From the NCBI GenBank assembly GCA_050298055.1, contig JBNKTL010000009.1:53037-117036 (forward strand): a stretch of DNA of 64,000 bases. Reading direction: 5' to 3'. Of this stretch, positions 10,271 to 19,938 are shown piece after piece. A program made the translations under genes and the position numbers. The DNA comes from Spirochaetota bacterium (GTDB taxonomy: Bacteria > Spirochaetota > UBA4802 > UBA5550). Position 1 is the stretch's first letter. Each line of letters opens with the position of its first letter. The notes below the pieces were generated by a model. That model searched no databases. It had not been told where the DNA came from and was given only the letters and a program-made list of their open reading frames with translations.

Positions 10271-10954
10271 TCAAGTGTCAGATATATTTTTTATTTGCCG
10301 ATTTCCTGTTTCGGAGAAATAGATTTTCACCCTGTTAAATTCATCAGACTCCCCCATATCGGGGAATGTTGTTTCCCTTAGTTCGTCCATGAGCCTGTAG
10401 TCCCGGTTGGGGAATTCCTTTATCCGGCTGTCTGCAATAATGACCAGGGAAGCCAGCTGAGTGAACTCCTCCAGCAGGGGATAGTTGTTCCTGTCATAGA
10501 GGATGTCCGCGGCAAGCAGAACGTCAAAGGGGAGATCAAGTCCCTCCAGTGTTGTAACAGCTTTCAGGTCAATCCTGTTCAGAACGGCATTTTCTTCCGC
10601 GGCTGTGATGGCATGGGGGTCCATATCCAGGGCGACAACCTCACGGGCCCCGGCCTGCTTCGCCGCAATGGCCGTAACTCCGCTGCCGCAGCCAAAATCG
10701 AGGACACGCTTCCCCTGAACATGGCCGGGTCGTTCTAATATCCATCTGGCAAGGGCCTGTCCGCTTGCCCAGCAGAAGGTCCAGTAGGGGGGATCTTCCA
10801 TGAGCGAATGCATTATTTCTCCGGAAAGTTTTCCTCCCGGGAAATCTTTGCTGACCAGGTATAAGCGGATTTCCTGCACATGGGGAAGGTCCTGGGGCTC
10901 AATCCTTGCGGAGGGTATGCGGGTATCTACGATTTTCTGTAATATTTTGCTCAT
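10271..10954 (-). CDS. Protein-lysine methyltransferase (Methyltransf_16/PrmA-like)
   Basis: PPYWTFCWASGQALARW, VLDFGCGSG, AADILYD. Confidence 0.8.
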   Translation of the reverse strand: MSKILQKIVDTRIPSARIEPQDLPHVQEIRLYLVSKDFPGGKLSGEIMHSLMEDPPYWTFCWASGQALARWILERPGHVQGKRVLDFGCGSGVTAIAAKQAGAREVVALDMDPHAITAAEENAVLNRIDLKAVTTLEGLDLPFDVLLAADILYDRNNYPLLEEFTQLASLVIIADSRIKEFPNRDYRLMDELRETTFPDMGESDEFNRVKIYFSETGNRQIKNISDT

Positions 10955-11043
10955 GGTTTCAGTATTGGATAAAATACCGATGTTTTCTTTTCAATAAAAA
11001 AAGTTTTACGGTGTGGCCTTAATGGTCCATTACTTAAAAAATC

Positions 11044-11071
11044 GAACAAGGGGGCAGAGCCCCCCTTGTTC
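11044..11071. terminator. GC-rich hairpin downstream of the FGE lipoprotein gene
   Basis: GAACAAGGGGGC-AGA-GCCCCCCTTGTTC. Confidence 0.55.
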
Positions 11072-11166
11072 TTCCCATTGTAAGAGGTAAAGATGTAAAA
11101 ATCCGCTGAACAGGATGTTTAAATGCCGCCCCTGTCCGGGATAAGCGAAAATGGGGCGGCTAAAAA

Positions 11167-12270
11167 TTACTGGGTCCTCGCAAAGCGAAAGCCCAGGATG
11201 TAGATATCGTAAGATGGAGATTCGCCGTCCAAAGTGCCAATATTCAGACCAGTATTGCTGTTCCAGGCACCGCCCCGGGCCACGCGATAAGTCCCCCCAT
11301 TCGCAGTAAAACACCACTCCCATACATTTCCGCTCATATCGTAAAGACCCAGAGTATTGGGCGCTTTTGTTTTCACTGCCGCTACCTCTGTTACACCGGT
11401 TGAGACCCATGAACTGCCATTATAATAGTAACCATACACCGCTACCCGGTCATTGGCCTCCTTGCCGTCTACAACACTGCTTGTATCCGTATCTGATGTG
11501 TCATCGTAATAGGTCGTGGCGCCGCTGGCTGAATTGCCTTTAGTAAAACAGGGATCTGTATATCCTGATACTATATTAGTTGAATCGCTGCCCCTGTACC
11601 GTGCGGCGTACTCCCACTCATCACTTGTGGGAAGGCGGTAACCGGTCTTCGCGGTATCTTCAACAGTATCCGCATGGTCCCAGCTGCTGCTTATTCCGGA
11701 ATATGCTGCATTACCGGTATTTCCGTCACGCATCTCCGTAAGCCAGTTGCAGAACATTATGGCGCCGTACCAGCTCACGTACACTACGGGATGGTCCTCA
11801 TAGCCCGGGGCCACGGAAAAGGTGTCCGTGCTCTCGTCATAGCTTATCTTCATATAGAATGAAGAGGCGTCAAGATCAATGAGCTCCTGTGCCCCATACA
11901 TCACTGTTGAAGCGCTTACCTCATTATGCTCTCCCCCGGTCTCCACGATTTTACCATTGTCAAGGGCCCACTGCAATACTTTGGCGAACAAGCCGTTGGT
12001 CACCTCTGTCTCACTGAGAAAGAACTTTGTGGTTATAGTTGCTGTCCCGCTGTCATCTGCATTAGTAGGAAAGGTAATGCTTGCCTGGTTGTTGGCGTAA
12101 ATCATTGCAGCGGTTTCCGAACCAACGGAAATGTCCACTGACTGCCCGGGTGTATCGGCTGAATCAAAGGTTACAGGTATACTCCCTCCGCCACCGCCGT
12201 CATCGCCGCAGGCAGTAATAAGTGATGCCGCAAACATCAGCACAAATAGTAGATAAATTTTTCTACTCAT
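11167..12270 (-). CDS. Lipoprotein with FGE-sulfatase (C-type lectin fold) domain
   Basis: Start moved to ATG 12270; lipobox LITAC; ETEVT, HPVVYVSW, YRLPTSDEWEYAAR, NTLGLYDMSGNVWEW, GFRFAR. Confidence 0.85.
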   Translation of the reverse strand: MSRKIYLLFVLMFAASLITACGDDGGGGGSIPVTFDSADTPGQSVDISVGSETAAMIYANNQASITFPTNADDSGTATITTKFFLSETEVTNGLFAKVLQWALDNGKIVETGGEHNEVSASTVMYGAQELIDLDASSFYMKISYDESTDTFSVAPGYEDHPVVYVSWYGAIMFCNWLTEMRDGNTGNAAYSGISSSWDHADTVEDTAKTGYRLPTSDEWEYAARYRGSDSTNIVSGYTDPCFTKGNSASGATTYYDDTSDTDTSSVVDGKEANDRVAVYGYYYNGSSWVSTGVTEVAAVKTKAPNTLGLYDMSGNVWEWCFTANGGTYRVARGGAWNSNTGLNIGTLDGESPSYDIYILGFRFARTQ

Positions 12271-12283
12271 TATTCTTCCTCTC

Positions 12284-13060
12284 TTAATGGAGCTTCCAGG
12301 AGATCTTTTTCTTATCAAATTGATAAAAGATCACCTCTTTTGTTTTACCGGTTATAAGCCCGTTGTTTTTAAAACATGCCCTGTCGGTCTGTTCCCATAT
12401 AGTGTATGTAACACCGTCTCCGGGTATGCAGCGGGTTTTGTAAACCAGGTCGCTTGATTTTGTTGTTTTACCCGCGGTTTTTCTCTTTTCGGTTCCAACT
12501 GAGATATCCATCCGTCCCATTTTTCTTTTTGCCTGGTAGGGGCGGGTTTTTGAGTAGTTTTTGATCTCAACGCAGATTTCCCTGCCGGTAACGGAGATTG
12601 AGACATTGTTATCTAGGTGTTGAACCGGTTTGTCGCACTGGTTGTTCCGGAATCCGCTTATGCTGGGTTCCGCCCAGCGGGATTTCAGCGGTTTGCGGCT
12701 TCTCAGGGGATTTTTCGCGGGGATATTATAGAATTTCCTGGCATAGGAGGATTTCATCCTTCCGGACAGATCCTCAGAGGCCTTCTTATATCCTGCAATA
12801 CACGGTTCAAGCTCTGTGAAAAGTCCTTTGTTCTTTTCGCCGGGGCATTGTCTTTGAAGGTTTTCAAACTCATATTTAACGGTCTGGTACATCCTGCCGT
12901 TTGGAGAGATGTTATCACACCTGCTCTGTCTAAAGTATGAGGCCCCCGCCTTGCATTCGGGGCTTGGCCCTCCTGCCGCCACGGGCATGCTGAAGCATGA
13001 ACTTAAAAGCGCCGCAGAGAAAGCGGAACCCAGAGCTGCTAATACGATCTGTTTTTTCAT
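12284..13060 (-). CDS. Cys-rich lipoprotein of unknown function
   Basis: Lipobox LLSSC; 8 further Cys; start overlaps the upstream stop (ATGA coupling). Confidence 0.7.
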   Translation of the reverse strand: MKKQIVLAALGSAFSAALLSSCFSMPVAAGGPSPECKAGASYFRQSRCDNISPNGRMYQTVKYEFENLQRQCPGEKNKGLFTELEPCIAGYKKASEDLSGRMKSSYARKFYNIPAKNPLRSRKPLKSRWAEPSISGFRNNQCDKPVQHLDNNVSISVTGREICVEIKNYSKTRPYQAKRKMGRMDISVGTEKRKTAGKTTKSSDLVYKTRCIPGDGVTYTIWEQTDRACFKNNGLITGKTKEVIFYQFDKKKISWKLH

Positions 13061-13368
13061 CTTTCCCTGCTCCTGAGATCCTCAATACATTTATCGATTT
13101 TTTTCAGCTCTTTCTGGCTTGCGGCGTCTTTACAGTTCAGGGAAATGCTGTTCCGTGTCCGCTGAACATTATCGCTGTATCCCGCCGGCACACTTTTCGG
13201 CTTTTTCGCGCAGTAGTTCTTATAGACATCATTAATTGTTTTTATGCAGTTTCCACTGCCCGCCTGCCTCTCCTTCTGGATTGCAGAGTTGAAATCGGGC
13301 GTCATTGCGCACGAAACAACCGTAAGAAATGATGCGGCAACAAATGCTGTGATTAATAGTGATTTCAT
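13057..13368 (-). CDS. Small four-Cys lipoprotein of unknown function
   Basis: AAGGAG RBS; lipobox VVSC; 4 further Cys. Confidence 0.7.
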   Translation of the reverse strand: MKSLLITAFVAASFLTVVSCAMTPDFNSAIQKERQAGSGNCIKTINDVYKNYCAKKPKSVPAGYSDNVQRTRNSISLNCKDAASQKELKKIDKCIEDLRSRER

Positions 13369-13624
13369 TTTTTTATTCTCCTTGTTTTAAAAATGTTTTA
13401 ATAAAAAATAAGATGATAAAAATATTCATTAAGGTAAATCAAAAAAGATGAGGCGAATGTGAATCGCTACTCATACGGTGTAAACGACATGCTGACCTGC
13501 AAAAAGTCATTTTCATCGGTCAAATAATTTTGTATTATAGAAGGGGATGAGGTTAACGGACTCTTTCTTTGAAAGGGTATTATATATTCCCGTCCCGAAT
13601 TATTGTGAAAGAAGGAAATTGAAA

Positions 13625-14350
13625 TTGTATCATATACTGATTGTGGAAGATGATAAACATGCATGCCAGTACCTGCTTCAATTGTTGAAGGATGAACCTG
13701 ACATTGAATCGGTCCGGTCGGCTTCATCGGGTTCCGAGGCATTGCCTTTTTTGCAAAATGACACGGCGGACCTTGTTTTCCTTGATATCCACCTCCCCGA
13801 TATTACCGGGATGGAACTGCTGGAAAAGCTGGAAAGGGTCCCCTATATTATTTTCATGACCGTTGATGAAAAGTATGCCCGGAAGGCCTTTGATGTGGGC
13901 GCGGTGGATTTCCTCTTGAAGCCTTTCAGCCGGGAACGGCTGAAAAAATCCCTGGAACGGTTCCGTGTTTTTTTTCAGTCCTCGGAAAAGGAGACTCTTT
14001 CTTCACCCCTGCTTCAGCTGGGGCTTACCCTGCAGGTGAGGGACAAACACTATTTTCTGCCGTATAATAAAGTGGTCTACCTTTCCGCCCACAATAAAAA
14101 AACCATTATTCATTTGAAGGATTCGGAGGTTGAGATTAACAGGTACCTGGGAGATATCCAGGCAGAGCTTCCCGAATCGTTTTTTTCCAGAATACACAAG
14201 CAGTTCATCATCAACAATACCTTTTTTTCCCATTACCAGTATTTCTCCGGGGGCCGTTACATGGTCTACCTGGACGATGATGAAGAGACAGTGCTGCCCA
14301 TTGGCCGCAAATATTTTCCGGAATTTAAAAACAGGTACCGGGGAAAATGA
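13625..14350 (+). CDS. LytTR-family response regulator
   Basis: ILIVEDD, FLDIHLP, DFLLKPF receiver; FSRIHKQFIIN and LPIGRKY LytTR domain; start placed at TTG after AAGGA (track gives 13547). Confidence 0.9.
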   Translation: MYHILIVEDDKHACQYLLQLLKDEPDIESVRSASSGSEALPFLQNDTADLVFLDIHLPDITGMELLEKLERVPYIIFMTVDEKYARKAFDVGAVDFLLKPFSRERLKKSLERFRVFFQSSEKETLSSPLLQLGLTLQVRDKHYFLPYNKVVYLSAHNKKTIIHLKDSEVEINRYLGDIQAELPESFFSRIHKQFIINNTFFSHYQYFSGGRYMVYLDDDEETVLPIGRKYFPEFKNRYRGK

Positions 14351-16752
14351 TGGACTCTTTTACCGGGACACCGGGCTGTTTTTTTTTACAAATACAACGT
14401 CTGTTCAGAAGGAATAAATATCCGCTCCTTCCCGCCGTTACTTTTTTCCTGCTGATTTTTCAAATGGGAGCAGTTCTTTACGCCGGGGAAAAGATTCATA
14501 CGGGGGTTATTGAATTATCGGAAAAAACAGACCGTTTTTATATTGGCCTGAAGGGAGAGTATCTTGAGGACAGATCGGGGGGACTGTCGTTTGAACAGGT
14601 CATCTCCTCCGAATATGCCCGAAGGTTTATGCCAATTAATCAAAAGATCATGAATATCGGGTATACCGGTTCTGTTTACTGGGTCCGGTTTCAGGTCAAA
14701 AACAGGGACAGTCAGAAAAACCGGTGGTGGCTGAATATCCAGCAGGTCTGGGCACGAAAGATTGATATCTACATCAGGTATCATGATCATACCGTTCACA
14801 GAGAGGCAGGTGTGAATTTTCCTTTCCCTCAGAGGGAAGTAAAAATTAATGATTTTGTTTTTCCCCTGGTGCTCAGTGAGAATAAACCGGTCCGGGTCTA
14901 TATCCGGATCTCTTCATCTTCTCTGCAGATGAATATCTCCCTCTGGTCCCCGGCGAGATACATGGAAGAATACAGTCTCCGGGAGCTTTTCAACGGTTTC
15001 TATTACGGGTTGATCTTTGTCATGGCAATTTATACCTTTATGATCTTCCTGTCAGTCCTTGACAGGAGTTATCTCTATTATGCCCTCTACCTGACCTTCA
15101 TGGGGCTTTTTCTGCTCTCCAACAGCGGGTACGCCTTTAGTTACATCTGGCCCCATATGGCAGAAACGGGGATTTCCGTATATTTTATCTTTGTCTCTCT
15201 CCTGCTTATTGTAGGGATATTTCTGTCGGTACATTTCCTTGATATGAGAAAGAACTTTCCGAAGGTGTACAGGTTTATGATGATCCTGACCGCCGCGCCG
15301 GTGAGTATAGCGGTTCTTTTTTTCTTTCCCCGGGTTCGGGAAAGCGTCTACCTGAGACCTTTTACGGTACTTACCGGCAGTGTGATCATTCTTATGAGTT
15401 TTATCATCTCTTTTATCTCCTTCAGGAGGGGATTCCGTCCCGCCCGCTATTATATGCTCGCCTGGATTTTCCTTCTGGGAGGAGTAACGGTCTTCATGCT
15501 GAAACAGTTCGGAGTAATTCCCGAAAGTGTTTTTTTCGAATATGGGATACATATCGGTAACACCCTGGAGGTGGCTTTTATCTCTCTCGCCCTCACCCAC
15601 AGGATTCGTCTTATCAGGAGGGAGAAAGAGAACGCCCAGTTAAATGCCCTTGAAGCCCAGCGGGTTCTTGCCGAAGAGCTTGAGGAAAAGGTCCGTGAAC
15701 GGACGAACAGTCTCCAGCAGAGCGAGGCCCGGTTCCGCGCACTGGCGGATGCCACTTTCGAAGGGATCATCATCTGCCGGCAGAGGCGGATCATCGACTG
15801 CAATTATATCATTATGGATATGTCCGGGTACACGGCCCTTGAGATGGATGGGAAAACCGTCACCGGCCTTTTCCTTTCCAGGGACAATGACCTCTTCAGG
15901 AAGATATTCCGTTCCGGTCTCAATCATCCCGTTGAAATTCTCATGAAAACAAAAAAGGGCACGTTTATCCCCGTGGAGATACTGGGGAAGAACATCTCCC
16001 AGGGGGGAAAAAAAATCCTCATCATTGCCGTTCGCGATATCCGGGAGAGGAAGAAAACCCGGCGGATGAAGGAAAATATTGAAAGGATGATACGGCATGA
16101 TCTGAAAACTCCTCTTTCGGCAATCATTGAATTTTCCAACCTCATGGCTTCCGGGACCGGACCACCCCGATACCGGAAATTTGCCGGGATCATACGGGAA
16201 AACAGCCTGCAGATGAATGAAATGCTGGGTCAATCCCTGGACCTCTTTAAGATAGAGGAGGGCATTTACCATATTTTTCCGGCGGAATTTGATATGCTGT
16301 CTCTCTTAAAACGGATAGACAGGAATTTTTCCGGACTTAAAAGGTCTTTCGGGGTGCAGGTCCTAATGAGGCTTGATAACAGGGAAATAAGCGAAACAGC
16401 GGAATATCCCATTGTTGGGGACGAGAACCAGTTATATAACCTCTTTGCCAATCTTATTAAAAATGCCATCGAAGCGTCCCAACCGGAGGGATGTGTCAGC
16501 ATTTCTTTATCCCGGGGGAAGTCATACCACCAGGTACGGATACACAATGAGGGTGAAATTCCCGAAGAAATAAAATCGCGGATTTTCGAAGCTTACGTTA
16601 CCGGCGGGAAAACCGGCGGAATGGGACTGGGTATTTACAGTGCCCGGATTATTGCTGCTTCGCACCGGGGGGATATTTCATTTAAAACATCAAAAAATGG
16701 GGGAACAACATTTTCGGTTAAACTTCCCTTTAAATTACCGGAGAGAAAATGA
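14347..16752 (+). CDS. 7TM-DISM sensor histidine kinase with PAS domain (copy 1)
   Basis: DISMED2 (EYLED..GYTGSVYWVRF), 7TM region, PAS, HDLKTPLS, NLIKNAIEA, GMGLG. Confidence 0.9.
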   Translation: MMDSFTGTPGCFFLQIQRLFRRNKYPLLPAVTFFLLIFQMGAVLYAGEKIHTGVIELSEKTDRFYIGLKGEYLEDRSGGLSFEQVISSEYARRFMPINQKIMNIGYTGSVYWVRFQVKNRDSQKNRWWLNIQQVWARKIDIYIRYHDHTVHREAGVNFPFPQREVKINDFVFPLVLSENKPVRVYIRISSSSLQMNISLWSPARYMEEYSLRELFNGFYYGLIFVMAIYTFMIFLSVLDRSYLYYALYLTFMGLFLLSNSGYAFSYIWPHMAETGISVYFIFVSLLLIVGIFLSVHFLDMRKNFPKVYRFMMILTAAPVSIAVLFFFPRVRESVYLRPFTVLTGSVIILMSFIISFISFRRGFRPARYYMLAWIFLLGGVTVFMLKQFGVIPESVFFEYGIHIGNTLEVAFISLALTHRIRLIRREKENAQLNALEAQRVLAEELEEKVRERTNSLQQSEARFRALADATFEGIIICRQRRIIDCNYIIMDMSGYTALEMDGKTVTGLFLSRDNDLFRKIFRSGLNHPVEILMKTKKGTFIPVEILGKNISQGGKKILIIAVRDIRERKKTRRMKENIERMIRHDLKTPLSAIIEFSNLMASGTGPPRYRKFAGIIRENSLQMNEMLGQSLDLFKIEEGIYHIFPAEFDMLSLLKRIDRNFSGLKRSFGVQVLMRLDNREISETAEYPIVGDENQLYNLFANLIKNAIEASQPEGCVSISLSRGKSYHQVRIHNEGEIPEEIKSRIFEAYVTGGKTGGMGLGIYSARIIAASHRGDISFKTSKNGGTTFSVKLPFKLPERK

Positions 16753-16773
16753 CTTTTAAAGCTGCCCGGTATC

Positions 16774-19143
16774 ATGTTAAATTTTCCTATGAGCTTTTTT
16801 GATCTATTAAAAAAATTTCTGCCGGTGGTCCTGTTTCTGGCCCTTCATCTTGTTCCGGCAGAGGTTTTTGCCTCTTTTCCCGGCAGGGCCGGTTTCGTGC
16901 CCCTGGAGCTGAAAAAAGGCCAGGACCGTTCCTTTGCGGGACTGTACGCGGAATACCTGGAGGACAGCTCCCGGTCATTGACCATTGATACGATTTTGTC
17001 CCGCCGGTCTGACGCGAAATTTCAACCCCTGGGAAGCAAAGTAAAAAATATCGGGTATACCGATTCCGCCTACTGGATAAGGTTCCCGGTCAGGAACAGT
17101 GAAGGGGAAAAAACAGAATGGTGGCTCAATACTTTACCGGTCTGGATCAATGTCATCGATATTTATATCATTCATAAAAAGCATATTGTTCATAAGCGGG
17201 GAGGAGTCAATTTTCCCTTCTCGCACAGGGAGATCAAAGTCAATGATTTAATTTTCCCTTTATATTTGGATGCCCGGGAAACTGTATGGATCTACATCAG
17301 GGTCTTTACCGTTTCATCACAGCTTAATATCTCCGTCTGGTCTCCGGAAAGGTACCTGGAAAACTACTATTTATACCAGGTCCTGAACGGGCTCTATTTC
17401 GGTCTTATTTTTGTCATGGCTGTCTATAATTTCATGATCTTTCTCTCTATCCGGGACAGGAGCTATCTCTACTACACCATCTATCTTGTTGCCATGGGGC
17501 TTTTCCTTATGTCCATGACCGGTTACGGTTTCGCCTATCTCTGGCCCAATCTGACAGAGATCGGGATCACGATCAGCCGCATCTTCTCTTCTCTCTACCT
17601 GATAGCGGCAATTTTACAGGCCATCAATTTTCTTCAGCTGAAGCGGAATTTTTACAGGTCCTATATCTTTCTCCTGGTTTTGATCGCGGCCCCCCTCTGC
17701 GTGATCATTCTGTTTTTTATCCCCTCTGTGAGGGCGCGGGCTTTTCTCCCCGCCTGGTCGGCGGTCAACGCGACAGTGATCACATCCGTTATCTTTATCC
17801 TATCCCTGCGGGCTTTTATAAGAGGCTATCGACCGGCACGGTATTATACCCTGGCCTGGATCTTCCCGCTTATAGGGATCGTGGTGTTTGTATTGAAGCA
17901 GTTTGCTGTTATTCCGGAAAGTATTCTTGTAGAGTACAGTATTCATGTGGGCACAACATTTGAGGTAGCCTTTATCTCTCTGGCCCTCACCCACAGGATC
18001 CGCCTCCTCAGGAAGGAGAAGGAAGCCGCCCAGAAAAATGCCCTGGATGCCCAGCGGGTTTTAATGGAAGAGCTGGAAGAAAAGGTCCGGGAACGGACGG
18101 AGAGTCTTCAGCAGAGCGAGACCCGTTTCCGTGCCCTTGCGGACGCCACCTTTGAAGGGATCATCATCTGCCGGCAGAGGAAGATCATCGACTGTAATTT
18201 TACCCTCCTGGACCTGTCCGGGCACACGTGGCAGGAACTGGCGGGTAAAACCGTCACCGGCCTTTTCCTTGCCAGGGACAATGACCTTTTCAGAAAGATA
18301 TTCCGGTCCGGTCTCAATCATCCCGTTGAAATTCTCATGAAAACAAAAAAGGGCACGTTTATCCCCGTGGAGATACTGGGGAAGAACATCTCCCAGGGGG
18401 GAAAAAAAATCCTCATCATCGCCGTCCGGGATATCCGGGAAAGAAAGAAAACCCTGAGGATGAAAGAGAACGTGGAAAGGGTGATCAGGCATGATTTAAA
18501 GACACCCCTCTCCTCAATCATTGAATTTTCAAACCTCCTGATCTCCCGGGAAAATAAATTGAGTGATAAAAAGCAGAAAAATTTTTCCCGGATCATTCTG
18601 GAAAACAGCCTGCGTATGAACGAAATGCTTAACCAGTCCCTTGACTTCTTTAAAATGGAGGAGGGAATATATAACATATCCCCCCGGGAGGTTGATCTGG
18701 GGGCCCTTCTCAGGCGAATTGACAGGAGTTTTTCCCGTCTCAAAAAGATTTTTTGTGTTGAGATGGAAATATTTATTGAAGGGGAAAAATTGACCGGGGC
18801 CGGGAAATACTTGGTCATGGGAGAGGAAAACAAGCTCTATAACCTCTTTTCAAATCTTATAAAGAACGCCATAGAGGCTTCCCCGCCGGGTGAGAAGGTG
18901 ACGGTGTACCTTTCCCGGGGAAGGTCTTTTCACAATATCCGTATCCATAACCGGGGGAAAATTCCCGGGGAGATAAAGGGGAGACTTTTTGAACCCTACG
19001 TAACGGGAGGAAAACCCGGCGGGACAGGACTGGGTATTTACAGCGCACGGATGATTGCCGTTTCACACAAGGGGGAGATAACCTTTACTTCTTCAAAAAA
19101 AAGAGGGACCGCTTTTACGGTAAAGCTTCCGGTGAGGTTTTAA
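16774..19143 (+). CDS. 7TM-DISM sensor histidine kinase with PAS domain (copy 2, tandem paralog)
   Basis: Same architecture as 14347..16752 over the full length. Confidence 0.9.
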   Translation: MLNFPMSFFDLLKKFLPVVLFLALHLVPAEVFASFPGRAGFVPLELKKGQDRSFAGLYAEYLEDSSRSLTIDTILSRRSDAKFQPLGSKVKNIGYTDSAYWIRFPVRNSEGEKTEWWLNTLPVWINVIDIYIIHKKHIVHKRGGVNFPFSHREIKVNDLIFPLYLDARETVWIYIRVFTVSSQLNISVWSPERYLENYYLYQVLNGLYFGLIFVMAVYNFMIFLSIRDRSYLYYTIYLVAMGLFLMSMTGYGFAYLWPNLTEIGITISRIFSSLYLIAAILQAINFLQLKRNFYRSYIFLLVLIAAPLCVIILFFIPSVRARAFLPAWSAVNATVITSVIFILSLRAFIRGYRPARYYTLAWIFPLIGIVVFVLKQFAVIPESILVEYSIHVGTTFEVAFISLALTHRIRLLRKEKEAAQKNALDAQRVLMEELEEKVRERTESLQQSETRFRALADATFEGIIICRQRKIIDCNFTLLDLSGHTWQELAGKTVTGLFLARDNDLFRKIFRSGLNHPVEILMKTKKGTFIPVEILGKNISQGGKKILIIAVRDIRERKKTLRMKENVERVIRHDLKTPLSSIIEFSNLLISRENKLSDKKQKNFSRIILENSLRMNEMLNQSLDFFKMEEGIYNISPREVDLGALLRRIDRSFSRLKKIFCVEMEIFIEGEKLTGAGKYLVMGEENKLYNLFSNLIKNAIEASPPGEKVTVYLSRGRSFHNIRIHNRGKIPGEIKGRLFEPYVTGGKPGGTGLGIYSARMIAVSHKGEITFTSSKKRGTAFTVKLPVRF

Positions 19144-19277
19144 ATGGAAGATTAGGGGGAACAATGACCGGAGAGATATTCTTTCTCTTTATTAATTATT
19201 AATACAAAAAATACTTGAACAAAAACTTAACTATTCTATTATGACATTAGAATTAGTAAACTTTTTATGGATTTCAT

Positions 19278-19310
19278 AAAAAGGAGAGTGGGTTGCCGCT
19301 CTCCTTTTTT
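19278..19310 (+). promoter_or_regulatory. rimP leader hairpin/attenuator
   Basis: AAAAAGGAGAGTGG-GTTG-CCGCTCTCCTTTTTT between a TTGAAC/TATTAT promoter (19215-19242) and rimP; resembles the GAGTGGG hairpin widespread before rimP. Confidence 0.65.
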
Positions 19311-19345
19311 CATATAATTGTAGAGAGTGAGCGGTTTTTCAGCTG

Positions 19346-19783
19346 ATGTTAAAGGATGAAATAAACAGAATTATCGAAGAGACAGCTGAAGAACTGGGTT
19401 ACTTGATCTATGAAAAATCTGCACTCCTGAGGGGTGAAGATTCGAAAATTGTAGTAAAGCTGGACAGTCTTGATGGAATTTCGCATCAGGATTGCGAAAA
19501 GTTCAGTAAAAGACTTGATTACAGGCTCGAGGAATCTGAACTTATACCAAATTATACACTGGAAGTTTCATCACCCGGTTTAAAGAGAAAGCTCAGAAAC
19601 CTGGAAGAGATTGAGAGGTTTAAAGATTCACCTGTGAAGATTATATATCAGGATGAAAATAACCGGGTTGTTTATCAGGGGATAGTCACGGGTTTGGAGA
19701 ATGAACGTATTAAAATCAGGTCCGAGAAAAAGGATATTATTTTAGAGTACGGAAATGTTGTTGAAGCATTCTTAGATTATTAG
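19346..19783 (+). CDS. rimP: Ribosome maturation factor RimP
   Basis: GISHQDCEKFS, YTLEVSSPGL; upstream of nusA. Confidence 0.95.
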   Translation: MLKDEINRIIEETAEELGYLIYEKSALLRGEDSKIVVKLDSLDGISHQDCEKFSKRLDYRLEESELIPNYTLEVSSPGLKRKLRNLEEIERFKDSPVKIIYQDENNRVVYQGIVTGLENERIKIRSEKKDIILEYGNVVEAFLDY

Positions 19784-19918
19784 TAATTATTCAGCTATGT
19801 ATAAAAATATTTTTTAAAAGAAAACAACTGATTATCTCCCCGCCGCCTTCGGCGGCGGGGAGATAATATTTATTTTTTTTATTTAATATATATTTTGAAC
19901 ATATAGCTGAGTACTTAC
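19783..19918. mobile_element. ~135-bp MITE/REPIN-like palindromic element, copy A
   Basis: TIRs GTAATTATTCAGCTATGT / ATATAGCTGAGTACTTAC (15/18); central perfect 17-bp stem at 19831-19867. Confidence 0.75.
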
Positions 19919-19938
19919 ATGTATTAAAGGTAGTCATA

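Noticed and set aside
16001..16016. G6A8 run as a phase-variation tract
   Set aside because: Short, in frame in both paralogs, and A-runs are common in this sequence
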